DNA from: Podarcis pityusensis
Taxonomy: Eukaryota
NCBI GenBank assembly: GCA_964106645.2
Contig: OZ067039.1
Reading direction: 5' to 3' (one strand)
DNA: 64,000 nt
The notes under the pieces were generated by a model, which saw only the letters and a program-made list of their open reading frames with translations, searched no databases and was not told the origin of the DNA. Below, in pieces: positions 28,395 through 40,197 of the stretch (its first letter is position 1; the number at the start of each line of letters is the position of its first letter). Position numbers and translations under genes: made by a program.

Positions 28395-28761
28395 CTGTGT
28401 TAAAACGGAAAGTGGAGCTTTTGTTAGCATTCCATGGTTAACACCCTGTGCCACTGCCTGTTCTTCCTTTAAAACAGTGGTACCACATGCACAAAACTGC
28501 TCACTGTAAACACAGCCCTGTCAAACCTACAGCGGTGCATTGTAGACCGACTTCATAAATTGAAGGCAAGTAGAGACGGGCTGAGACAATGCATGAAATG
28601 TCACCAGTTGTCATTAACCTCAACATTTTCAGGACTCTCCCCTTTGAGTATTTATGCCCTGGCAGCTATATCTACTTTAGATCCCCTGCCCTGCATCGCC
28701 TCTCTCCAACGCCCATCTCTTTTCATTTTCTCTTTACTCTCTTCTTAAACTCACCATTTTC

Positions 28762-28844
28762 TTACTTTCCCCAAAATGACAAAGTCCACTTGTTCTTCAT
28801 AGCACCAACTGATTCCAAACCTTTTGCAAAGATGTCAAACAAAG
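28762..28844 (-). CDS. Gene A helix exon: ALFDIFAKGLESVGAMKNKWTLSFWGK-stop
   Basis: Acceptor gcttttcttccag; only the phase-1 frame is open; alternative donors AA|gtaaga and ATG|gtgagt (exon end 28755). Confidence 0.75.
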
Positions 28845-28936
28845 CTGGAAGAAAAGCTTTCTGACGGCCATGGGTGGTCTCTGGATTGGGAGGAAAATGA
28901 GAGCTCGTGAGCCACACCTTCTCTGGTTTTTCTTTC

Positions 28937-29090
28937 TTAAGAACATAAGAAGAGCCTGCTGGATCCTGTTCTCCTAGTGACCAACCAGACACTCCTGGGC
29001 AGCTTGCAAGCAGGACACAAGCCTTCTTGCCCCTTGTGATTCCCAGCAACTGGCATTCTGAGGCAGGCTGCCTCTGATACTGGAGGCATT
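28937..29090 (-). mobile_element. L2-like LINE 3' tail (representative; others near 13207, 20690, 26100, 34975, 63370)
   Basis: TAAGAACATAAGAAGAGCCTGCTGGATC terminal motif. Confidence 0.6.
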
Positions 29091-30252
29091 CCTTCCTTTG
29101 TACCTCTGTGTGTGTGTGTCAGCTCCCCAGACAACAGATCAAATGTTACTAGCACTAATCCAAATGTTGCACTACTATTGGCACAATGTTATATGTTCAC
29201 ATTATATATGAGCACCGCTTCTGTGGGCTGGTCTTCCAATTCTGTAAAAAAAAAAAGTTCTAGCCCATTTGTTCATTGCTTTGTGTTATTCGCTGTGGAG
29301 ACATATGAAGCACTGGATTTCTGAAGCAATGTTCTGCTTTGGACCCAAGGCAACATGAATCATGCAGTGACCCATTTTTCAAAGTGTGATCAGAATGGAA
29401 TCTTGCCTGTCATACACATGGCCAACCATCACACCAAGTCACCAAATCATATTTATAACAGTGGGTACAAAGCAGATGGTAGCTGCAGCCAGTTGATTGG
29501 AAAGGAGACCGAGTCCTACCCTCCCCAAGCAGATGATGGGAAATATCAAAGTTCATTATGCAAATCCTCTTTCACTGCTATTGCTGGTGGACCTCAATGA
29601 GCAACGTCACCATGGTGCTGACTGTGCAATATTCTCATCTTGTGCAACCTGCCATGCACAAAGAGAACATACTTTCCCCATGCAGGATTGGGGTAACTTG
29701 TGCAGAACATGCTCATTGCACAGATATTCAGAATTAACCTCACTATGCTCAAAGGGAGTTATTCCAGGTTAGAGTCATAGCATTGCAGCCTAAGAACAAT
29801 TCACAAAGCATGAACTAGCAACTTGTTTTGGGGAGATGGTGTGCTATTATAAAATCAAAAAGTCAAAATGGATCCCCATGATAACATATTTCCAGAATAC
29901 AAATACCATAGCCAGCCATACAGATCCATGAACACAGCACTAATAAAGTAGGAATGGTGAATAACATCCATCATCCTGAGCAGTAGCCATGCTAGCTGGG
30001 ACTGCTGGGAGTTGGAGTGCACCAACATCTGGAGGGCCACTGGTTCCCCATCGCTGTCATAAAAGTAAATCGCTCCACAGGCTTATGATACACATTAGTT
30101 GTAGGAGGAGGGGAAGTTGTACCAGAAGTGGAGGGAGAGTTGTTATCTGGGAAAGGGAAAGCAAATCATTCCCCTATCACCATGTTGCTGTGGATAAGTT
30201 GTGTGCTATGATTCAGATACTTGCTTAAATTGCTGGACCAAGAAGAACTCAC

Positions 30253-30285
30253 CGTCACTGGCGGTGCTCGCTTCTGCAGAAATCG
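30253..30285 (-). CDS. Gene A exon 3c: TISAEASTASD (older paralogous copy)
   Basis: 33-nt phase-1 exon, cttcttatttacag / gtgagt; flanks are similar to those of 3a/3b. Confidence 0.75.
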
Positions 30286-30459
30286 CTGTAAATAAGAAGG
30301 CATGGCAACATGAAACAGAATTCCTCTAATACCCAGACACAGAGGGCAAAACTTCAACCATTCCTGCAAGAATTCTTCAGTTCTGAAGAATACTATTCCA
30401 TTTCCCCCAACTTCCAATAAAAGAAACACGCAATTATTTTACGCCCACAGCTGAGTTTG

Positions 30460-30926
30460 CAGCTAAGTGTTTAGAATGGCAGATGTTATGCAGTATGCTA
30501 GAAAGCACCGCCATTCGACTTCCAAAACATTCGAAAACCAAAGCGTGGCTTTTGATTGGCTGCAGGAAGCTGCTGCAGCCAGTCAGAAGCCACAGAAGCC
30601 CTGTTGGATGTTCAGCTTCCAAAAATAGTTCGCAAATCAGAACAGTCACTTCCAGGTTTGCAATGTTTGGGAGCCAAAACATTTGACTCAAAAAGGCGTT
30701 TGAAAACCAAGGTACAACTGTAATTCCTCAGGCTCTTAAGAACTGTTACTTAGAGCACATTTGTAAGCATATACAGTCGTGCCTTGGAAGTTGAACGCCT
30801 TGTGAGTCAAATGTTTTGGCTCCTGAATGTCACAAACCCAGAAGTGGCTGTTCCAGTCTGAGAACTATTTTTGGAAGCCACACTTTGGTTTTTGAATGTT
30901 TTGGAAGTTGAATGGACTTCCGGAAC
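30460..30926. mobile_element. Two degenerate Tigger-like MITE fragments
   Basis: ...CCAAGGTACAACTG-TA and TA-CAGTCGTGCCTTGG... ends with mutually inverted internal sequence. Confidence 0.65.
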
Positions 30927-31633
30927 TGTGAAGGAAAAGCTGAAGGTTTTTTACACACAAGATATTAGGCAATCCATGAATCATTGTTCTCTCCACAATT
31001 GTATTTAATTAAAGTAAAACATCATTTTGAGAACTATCTATATGATTTACCAATCTGTTCACTTAGGAAGGCATTTGTGGCTCTGAGTTTTCAGACAATG
31101 CCCTCAGAGTATTTAGATGGTTGCTGCAGGAAAATTCTAGTAGAAAAGAGACTTTCTCTACGTGGCACTCAAGCAACAGAAGACCTATACTGTTAAGTAC
31201 TTACTGTCCTATGTATTCTGAGCTGAAACCTAAGTACATTTGTGAACTATTGTGTAAGATGCCTGATGTGGACTATCAATTGAAGGTCACATATTTGCCG
31301 TCTGGCTCTGATAAGTTTGAGACAGACAACATGGCGAGATTCATTGTTGCATCCCCAAAACTAAGAATGTGCATTAAAGACAATATGGCAAACTATAAAA
31401 TCTGATCAATGATGTAATATAGAAATGTATTTGTGTAGGTCTGCATTTCAAAGTATAGATGTATAAATTGGTTACCACTGTATTTAACAGTGTATCTATG
31501 CATATTCTGCACAATATCCATAGAATACTTATATTCCCTTTTTGTTTAAAATAACCAGGATGGTTGCAACAACAAATAAACTTTGACTTCAACTTTGAGA
31601 TACTTTGAAATTGCTGGACCAAGAATAACTCAC

Positions 31634-31666
31634 TGTCACTGGTGGTGCTCACTCCTGCAGAATCTG
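31634..31666 (-). CDS. Gene A exon 3b: TDSAGVSTTSD (identical copy of 3a)
   Basis: 33-nt phase-1 exon, same splice sites as 3a. Confidence 0.72.
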
Positions 31667-31802
31667 CTGTGGATAAGAGGACATGGCAGTATGAAACAGA
31701 ATTCCTCCAATACACAGAATAATACACAGTTCAATATTTGAATTTTTCCTGCAAAAAGTATTCTTTAATTTCCTCCCAACCTCCATTAAATGGCCAGTGT
31801 CA

Positions 31803-33194
31803 AAGAAAAATGGAATCCAAAATTGATTTTCAAAGATGAGGAGGGAAGATACATAGCAGTAGAAATTACAGCACAAGGGGGAAAATACTTGTTATTGGGA
31901 ATTTATGCACCTAATGATGGCAAGGCAGAATTCTTTAAGAATTTGGAAACAAGGCTTATGGATCATTTGGATTACAAATTAATTCCAATGGGAGATTTGA
32001 ATGGAGTTGCATCTACTTTAATGGATAGGAGACAGAGACAAAAAATACTGAATGCCGGCAGATTACCTAAGATTTTTTATATATATAACTGACAAATTTG
32101 ATCTGTCAGACATATGGAGAGTCAGAAATCTAACTGAAATCTAACTGAAAAAGACTTCACATTTTTTCAGATACAAATCAATCATTTTTGAGAATCGACT
32201 ATTTATAGATATCCAGAGAAATTTCTCACCTTCTCACCCCTTGCCTTTTCCTGTAAGACCTATTACAGTCGTTAAGAGTCGTCAGCAGGCTCATCTCAGC
32301 TATCTGCCAATCTCCCATTCCCACCACCCTTCTGAGTAATACCCCTCCCCATATAGAAGGATCTGGCAACTTCTGTTTCAGTGTATCTGAAGAAGTGTGC
32401 TTGCACACGAAAGCTCATACAAAGAACTAACTTAGTTGGTCTTAAAGGTGCTACTGGAAGGATTTTTTTTATTTTGACTATGGCAGACCAACACGGCTAC
32501 CTATCTGTAACTGTGTCCCAAGGTGAAAGACTTCTGGGGAAAGATTCATAATGAATTGAAAAAAATGTTGAAATATTCATTTATTAAGAAACCAGAAGCC
32601 TTTATACTTGGAATAATAGGTTTGGAATTGCCCAAGAAAGATGTCAGATTATTTTTGTATGCCACAACTGCAGCTAGAATTTTGTTGGCCAAAAATTGGA
32701 AACTACAAGAAGTACCAACAGTGGAGGAATGGCAGATGAAGATGATGGACTTTTGGGAGCTAGCTGACCTGACAGGAAGAGTCCGCGACCAGAAGGATGA
32801 GGAATACCAAGAGGAATGGAAGAAATTAAAAGATTATTTAGCTAAATATGTTAAGAAAATTTAAATAGAATGACTTGCGAGTATCAGGTAGGCCTAGGAT
32901 TTAAATATGTGATGTTCTAGAATACTATGTTAAAAGTTAAAAAGAAAAGAAAGAAAGATGTAAATTGGTTAAGTAAATTTTATGTGAAATTAGTTTAGGA
33001 AAACTGCTACAATGATTTATATGGAAACTCAGCCGGGGGGATTTGAGGAAGTCACCTAACAATGTTTACAAAAGTGGAACTATTACAGTTAGGGTATATG
33101 TTTGTTTGTTTGTTTGATGGTTTCTTTTTATGTTTGTTGATAAGTTTGTTATAAATGTGGAAAACTAATTTAAAAAATTGAAGGGGGGAAAAAA
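31803..33194 (+). mobile_element. L1/Tx1-type LINE, internally deleted (endonuclease piece + ORF2 C-terminus + 3' UTR/A tail)
   Basis: DEEGRY...IYAPN...MGDLN endonuclease motifs; CPKVKDFW...TTAARILLAKNWK C-terminus; Penelope piece at the junction. Confidence 0.85.
32225..32512 (+). mobile_element. Penelope-like element terminus
   Basis: TCTGAAGAAGTGTGC..GCACACGAAAGCTCATAC...TTAGTTGGTCTTAAAGGTGCTACTGGA terminal motif. Confidence 0.75.
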
Positions 33195-33274
33195 CAGGAT
33201 GGTTGCAACAACAAATAAACTTTGACTTCGACTTTGAGATACTTCCTGAAATTGCTGGACCAAGAATAACTCAC

Positions 33275-33307
33275 TGTCACTGGTGGTGCTCACTCCTGCA
33301 GAATCTG
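33275..33307 (-). CDS. Gene A exon 3a: ADSAGVSTTSD
   Basis: 33-nt phase-1 exon, ctcttatccacag / gtgagt. Confidence 0.75.
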
Positions 33308-33606
33308 CTGTGGATAAGAGGACATGGCAGTATGAAACAGAATTCCTCCAAAACACAGAACAATACACAGTTCAATATTTGAATCTATCCTGCAAAAAGT
33401 ATTCTTTAATTTCCTCCCAACCTCCATTAAATGGCCAGTGTCATACACTAGAGAGTGCCATCTGTCTGGAAAATTCTACATGTGCAGGATTTTTATTACA
33501 TATTATGTGGATGGACTAGATCTATCACAGTCACCATGAGCTGCACTTTCCAGTCACTGATCTGTGCTTTAAAGCTCTGTGTTGAAGTGGTTTGGGTTTT
33601 TTTATC

Positions 33607-33727
33607 CCAGTGCTTTCCCCAGGAAAACCCACATTTAGCAATGAATTAGAACAAATAATGGCAAACCAGATTGCTGTTTGCTCCAATTCAGTGGTAAAGT
33701 GCAGGTTTTCCTGGGGAAAGCACTGGG
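33607..33727. mobile_element. Small palindromic MITE in gene A intron 2
   Basis: CCCAGTGCTTTCCCCAGGAAAACC...GGTTTTCCTGGGGAAAGCACTGGG inverted repeat. Confidence 0.7.
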
Positions 33728-34230
33728 ACAAAAAGAACCCCTCTCAGACACAGAACTCTGGATGAGCCTCATGACAGCAGGCCAAGGTGCAACACAGAAA
33801 ACCACATTAAGTAAGAGGGCAATGTGTGTACTAACCAAGTTGGACTGGGGCAAATGTCTTTAAGATCAATGCATGAGATCTCTTTTCAGAGAACATGAAC
33901 TACAAACCTGTCAGGATTTCTCTCTCCATCTCTCTCTCTCTCACACACAGACAGGTGGTTGTATAAATTTATAAATTTGCAAAGCCACAATTTACTAGTC
34001 AACCCTGTCTCACCCAAAATGAAAGCCATCAAAGAAGAAGTCTTCAAGCTTAGCATTAATAAAACATAAAGGCAAAATCTCCTTCTGATCCTCTGATGTT
34101 CACCACTTGTAGGAATAGTCTGTGAAGATATATTAAGCATTTAGGGTGGGGGTGATGTTGTAGGTTGGGAGCACCATCTGCCTGGGATTTTTTTTAGCAC
34201 TGTCTGATTTAAATACAATGCTAGATGTGT

Positions 34231-34232
<2 letters not shown>

Positions 34233-34262
<30 letters not shown>
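34233..34262. repeat. (AC)n microsatellite
   Basis: Direct reading. Confidence 0.97.
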
Positions 34263-34264
<2 letters not shown>

Positions 34265-34794
34265 CTTTATTCAGATGGACAGTGAACGTCATGCTTAAAT
34301 CAGCCAACACCAACTTCTGCATGCCAGGTATCTGTAGCCTGAGTGCCTACATGATGGCATCCTGATGCTTCTCATGGACTGTGTAGCAGTGACCCATATT
34401 CCACAGGCAGCTGGCCATGTGGGATCCTACTCAAGTTTTCCAAACAGATGTATCCTCATGTATAAATCAGGCTTGGCAGATGTGCCACCCTTTCTTATGT
34501 GAATCGGGACTTCTTTTGTTTCCCCTCTCACTTTAGAGTGGCTACTGTGCAGGCAGTCTGATGATTATAAAGTGAGTCTGCTATGACTGCCTATGCAGAA
34601 AATAAAGAATAACTCTGCCTGGATGACTCTATGGTGATGATCTAGATATACAAGTGCCCTAGAATCTGGATCCGCCATGGCATTCTGCTGCCCTCTTAAC
34701 GCAGTTACTACAGTCACATTGTCCCAAGGAATATTCTACTGGGCAAATTATTCAAAAGGCTCAAGTGCACATGCTTAAAATGTTCAACACTTAC

Positions 34795-34836
34795 CAGTGC
34801 TGGGAGTCAACTCAGTGCTGGGAGGAGGTGATGTCT
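34795..34836 (-). CDS. Gene A exon 2: ETSPPPSTELTPST (mucin-like)
   Basis: 42-nt symmetric phase-1 exon, ttctgtcctcattctag / gtaagt. Confidence 0.78.
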
Positions 34837-35476
34837 CTAGAATGAGGACAGAAGATCTCACAACTATTATCCTGAATAATGCTAAATGCTCACTTGTTGA
34901 AACTAGCATTTTCCTCTGTGTCATTCAAACCTTTGCATGCCTAGCTGATGTGAACACAGCTCATTGAAATAAGAAGAATTCTGCTGGATCTTACCAAAGG
35001 TCCATCTAGTCCAACATCCTTTTTCTAACTTTGGCCAGCCAGTGCTTCCAAGAAGTCCATAAACAAACAAGAAAGGCCTTAACCCTCTTCTGTAGTTTAT
35101 GGCCAGTGTGCAGTCCTCAGCTGTAAACTACTTATGCTCCTGGAAGTTCTATTTTCTTATCATTGGTAACTTCATAGATGTCAGCAGATGTATCCTCATT
35201 GAATTTGCCTAAACCAGGGATGCGGCCCTTCATATATGTTGCACTATGGCTCCTGTCATTCATCTCTATACTAGCTGAGGCTGATGGGGATTGCTGTCCA
35301 AAAACATCTGGAGGAGTACAGGTTCCCCATCACTGTCTGAAACCATTATTGGAGCCACCTTAGCTTGTGCATCATAGCTATCACTTGGGGGGGGTATGAA
35401 TTCCATCCTTTATTTATGGAATTCGCCCCAAGGAGGAGGGAAACACACTGGGCCATTGAGAATTACATACCTCCAG

Positions 35477-37159
35477 GACTTCCGGGTTGGCGCCATCGCC
35501 GAATGGCGGACTCCCTCTGAGCTCCGGAGGGAGCCTGCTCGGCAGGGGCTGGGTCCTACCGCACCGGCGATGCGGGGACCCTTAAAAACCACGGCCACGG
35601 AGGCCGTGGACATGGAGACTCGGCTGGCACCGCTAGCGCCCTCCCGACTCGTGAAGGAGCCTTTTTAAAGGCTACGGATCGGGTGCCGGGGAGAAGCGTG
35701 GTGCTTTGAGTCCTCTGCTATCCCTGCCGAGCGCAGCCGCATGCCATCCGGCGGAGAGCGCTGACTTCTTCCATTGAAAATTCGGACTTCTTAACAACAA
35801 CCCGTGAGTAATTTGGAAACCGGGTTTAAAAGGAGAAAAAAAAAAGAATTTTTTTTTCGGATTGGACACGAGCGGGGGGGGATCCAAAAAGGAAGTCAGT
35901 CCCCTCCCCTATTGTAAACCTTCCAAAACAAGGACGGGGAAACCAAGGTCCAAAAAGATGTGTATTGCTGATTAAAACTAAGAATTCCACGATGGGGAAC
36001 TATAAGAACTGTGCTGGAGGAAGAATCGAGGGAGAAGAAACGTAACCCCCCCCCCCTGGGAACCGGGGTGATTGAAGAGAGAGCCTGGTGAAAAGAGTCG
36101 GAGATTTTGACAGCTGTCAAAGTAGCTGTCAAAGTCGGAAAGCAGAGAGGATTTTATTATGCGAACTTTCCTGGTTAAATTTGTTACAATTTGCTATAAC
36201 TCGTTAAAACTTGGATACAAAATGGCGAAATCATGGATAACAATCGGACTTTTGGACTAGAGAAAACAAAGTTACAACAATCCCCCTAGAGGAGTTTTGG
36301 GACATTACAAAGATGGTCGCAAGTGGAAAAATACCATTGGAATTTTACAGGACTGGTTATCTTCTGGGAAAGCTGCAAAACGGAAATAATATTTTGTCTA
36401 CAGGGTGTTTAGCTAAAGGAGACAATAGAATTTTCTATTGAAGAAAGGAAGGGACTGAACGCAAGTTTTCGTTCCTGAATAATAATAATCCCTGTAGAGT
36501 TACTAAGCTTCTGAATTAGAACGTTTCAGCAGCGGAACAAGAGGAAACTGGACTACAACTTGGAAAGAACAATGGGGGGAGTTTTATTAAAGATTTGAAG
36601 TTAAATGTTTTAAAAAATAATTATAAAAAGAAAAAGCTAGCAAGGAATTGGGGGAAATAGGTGATTTATGGACTTTAAGAATTCCAGGCAGATAATATGG
36701 TTTGGTGGTCAGGGGGAAATTAAACCGGGGACAGGGGGGGGGAGAACTAAAATCCAAAGGCTTGTCAACTTTTTCTTCTGAATGAGCTTTTTTTTCATCT
36801 ATTATACTTTTTATTTCTTATTTTTTATATTTCTATTGTGTGGGGTGTCTTTATCATTAAAAAAAAGGGAAATTGTGGAATGAAAATGGGGTGGGCCCTG
36901 GGGAGAGAATTTTTGTCTTTTATTAAGGGTATTGATGAGGAGTGTATAAATTTTAAATTCGAATAATGGTCTAAACAAATTAAGTTTCAAATTAGAACTG
37001 AGAGCTTGTGGAGCCAACAATATGAAAGGGGAATACGGTAGGGGTGGGGGAAGGGGGGAGTCCCGGAAAGTGGATGTATGAAAATAAGGCTTTGAATGTA
37101 CTTTAATCTTTACTTTCCGTATTTTTGAAAATCTTAATAAATATCATTTAAAAAAAAGA
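35477..37159 (+). mobile_element. Non-autonomous L1-type retroposon (1.7 kb) with 19-bp TSD
   Basis: Starts GACTTCCGG with a CpG-rich head, ends AATAAA..A-tail; TSD GAGAATTACATACCTCCAG at 35458-35476 and 37160-37178; no long ORF. Confidence 0.8.
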
Positions 37160-37172
37160 GAGAATTACATAC

Positions 37173-37221
37173 CTCCAGACACTAGAGCGCAAACCAGCAG
37201 GAGTCCCCATATCATCTTCAT
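37173..37221 (-). CDS. Gene A exon 1: signal peptide MKMIWGLLLVCALVSG
   Basis: ACCATGA start context (in-frame upstream ATG at 37227), hydrophobic core, small residues at -3/-1, phase-1 donor GAG|gtatgt; CATAAG box at 37313-37308. Confidence 0.8.
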
Positions 37222-37850
37222 GGTCATGAATGACTTGGGAGGTTTTCAGGAATTCAGGGCAGCCTAAAGAAGCCGAGGAATGTTGTGGTCTGATCCACTC
37301 TCACTGGCTTATGAAGGAAGGAAACGCCAATGAAAATGGTTGGGTAGTGGGGAGTGGAATCGTGGAGGAAATCAGGATCCTGGTGATGAAACAATTGGAC
37401 ATATAAATTGGACAGATAACAATTGGATAAATATGCAAACAGAAGAATTAAGATGGCACACAGCACTTGTGGCACATGAGAATAGACACAATGTTAATTG
37501 GTCTTCTAGATAAAGGGAGAGGCAAGGAAATTAATTGCTGTACCAAGGCTTTCTAATCTGTTTACTCAGAAAAGGGATTTTGGCTTTCTTCTTTCTGCCT
37601 CTGGCAAATCCTGGCTGAGGCGTGGACGGTGGTATCTTCTCCTGATGCACCTCACTTTAGGCTTCTCAAAGGGTGTGAAAGCAAATGTATGGCTTCTAGA
37701 CAACGTGGCACAAATGTGGTTTGATGTTTGTGGAGAATTCAGGCTCCTTGAAAATATCGTATTTCACTTAAAGGAAAAATATGTCTAACTCCAATACCTG
37801 CAAATAGATGTTTGAAAATGTAAAAAAGAAAAAGGAAAAAAGGAAAAAAA

Positions 37851-38015
37851 AGAGGTAAGGGACCCCTGACAGTTAAGTCCAGTCGCAGACAACTCTGGGG
37901 TTGCAGTGATTATTTCACTTTACAGGCCGAGGGACCCTGCATTTGTCCGCAGACCTTCTGATTGGCAAGCCCAAGAGGCTCAGTGGTTTAGACCACAGTG
38001 CCTCCCGCATCCCCA
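37851..38015. mobile_element. Sauria SINE, internally deleted
   Basis: AGGTAAGGGACCCCTGACAGTTAAGTCCAGTCGCAGAC...GGCAAGCCCAAGAGGCTCAGTGGTTTAGACCACAG. Confidence 0.75.
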
Positions 38016-39584
38016 TTTGAAAATGTACCTATCTTAATTCTCAGAATGTGACTGAGGAGTGGGATTATTATTACCAGTAGGAGGTGCCTGGTGCTGCCCA
38101 GGATTTTTTATAATAAAAAAAAAAGTTGTTGTTGTTGTTTAAAAAAGCAGGCAAAAAGCAGGCAAAGTCACACCAAAGTCACATTTGGGTCTTCCATATT
38201 GATTCAAAATGGCAGCCAGAGTCTAAACATCAATGAAGAGCACCACCCCCACCTCAGGAACCCTTGTGCAAAGTTTGGTGGTGGTATCTCGAGAGGGACC
38301 TGAAAGTATAAAGAACAAAGAACGAAATGGAAAGAGAAACCACTTTCCAAAGTATATGGTAGATTATGATTATCATTATGAATTGCATTTATAGCCCTCT
38401 TTTTTCTCCAAGGAGCCCAGGGTGGCATACATGGTTCTCCTCCTTCTCCTTTAATCCCCATAACAGCCCTGTGAGGTTGGATCAGGGTGCAAGATTTGCA
38501 GGGCCCAGGAGGCATTGAAGCCACAGCTGGCATCTCCTTCTCCATTCATGCCAACATTGCTGAGGCTTACCTGGAATTATTTACCTGGAACATAAATATA
38601 TTTAAGTTCCAGGTAAATATCCAGGAACTGTTTTGTTATATCCAGGAACTGGAAATTTTAATCTTAAATCCAAATAGGAGTGTGGCATTGCTCTCATTCA
38701 CTTAGCATATACAAGAGGCAGTTAATATGACCGTTACAGCCTTGCAGTGACAAATTCCTGCAGGGTAACTATGAAAGGCTGCTAGAACAAAAACAACTGA
38801 GTCTTGTGGGACTTTAAAGACTTGCAGATTTACCACAAAGAAAGAAAGAAAATCTTCTCTCCAATCTGGAATTGGGTGCAAAGTACCACCCATCAACTGC
38901 CCTGGTAATCCTGATGCTCTGCTTGGTAGAATAACTGGAGCCAAGGCATATTCAACAATAGGAATAGGGAATCTGTGGCCCTTTAGATGCATTACGGTGG
39001 GTCATGCTAACTGGAGCCAATGCAATTTGGAGTCCAATAACATATGGAGGGTCACAGGCTTCTAATCCCTGCTCAACCACCCCAATTTAAAAGGACATCC
39101 CGAAATTACAAAAGCTACCCCTAGCTTCTGATTAAATCCCAGAATGTCCCATTTTTGGATCCAGCACCCTGGCATGAGCCAGCTGGCTCTTGAGAAAGCT
39201 TGGGAGCAAAAAAACCACCCCAAGCATCTTGATTTGGATCAGCAAATTGGAAGGGTATGTTTGGCTTTCAGGAGCCAGATTTGTGGATAATGGCCAATTT
39301 GTCATGTCCTGGCTCCACTCCAGTTTATGTAAATGGTGGCATTCATCCTCAGGGCATCCTGTATTTATTTATACACACTGACTGTTTTCTCCATAATTAA
39401 CATCATTATGATGCAATATCTCAACTAAACTCGTAATATTTCTCTGCTAGCTCCTTTGATTGGTTTCTGTCACTTACATAAAGTCAGCAGTGTAGGTACT
39501 CTGCTCAGTGTCAATCAGTATTCTGGCTTCATCACAGCATCTTGAGTGTCAAGAAACATTGAGGCTGCTGTCTGTGTTTCTGCA

Positions 39585-39645
39585 ATGAAGACTCTTTGGA
39601 TCCTTCTCCTGCTGGCAACTTCCACTTGGGCTTTTGTTGCTGTGG
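39585..39645 (+). CDS. Gene B exon 1: signal peptide MKTLWILLLLATSTWAFVAV
   Basis: GCAATGA start, hydrophobic core, phase-1 donor G|gtaagt; CATAAA box at 39477-39482; shares MKxxWxLLL with gene A. Confidence 0.8.
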
Positions 39646-40197
39646 GTAAGTAGAGAGGGGCCACCCAGCAAGTGTTTCTTATTTGGGGTGTTTTCTGACC
39701 TGCTGTGAGAAACCTCTACAGGTGTCCAGTATGAAAGAAACAGTTCTGTGTTTAGTGACCATGCCAAATGTTTTTAATTACCTGATTTGAAACACAAATC
39801 TGCCCAGCTCATAATGCTCAGGTATTATGCGCTGCGCTGCCGGAGCACAATTTCTGTTCTCATCCTGAAGCAAAGTTCTTAACCTGAGGTACTATTTCTG
39901 GGTTAGCAGAGTCTGTAACCTGAAGCATCTGTAACCTGAGGTACCACTGTATATGCATTAATATTATAACCCAGGAGAGAAAACACACACACAAATTCTT
40001 TACAAATGCTTGCTAAAATAGCTCATAGACACTGGGTCAATTCCAAGCTAACTCTTGAGGGATTTTATCATGGGTAGTTGAACACTGGTGATTTTTTTCC
40101 AGAGATGGGGGGAAATTGTATTTTGTTTGCATTTTAATGTGAAACTGCCTAATTTATACAAGCAGAAGTTCAATTATCCTTCAACATTCACACTTCT

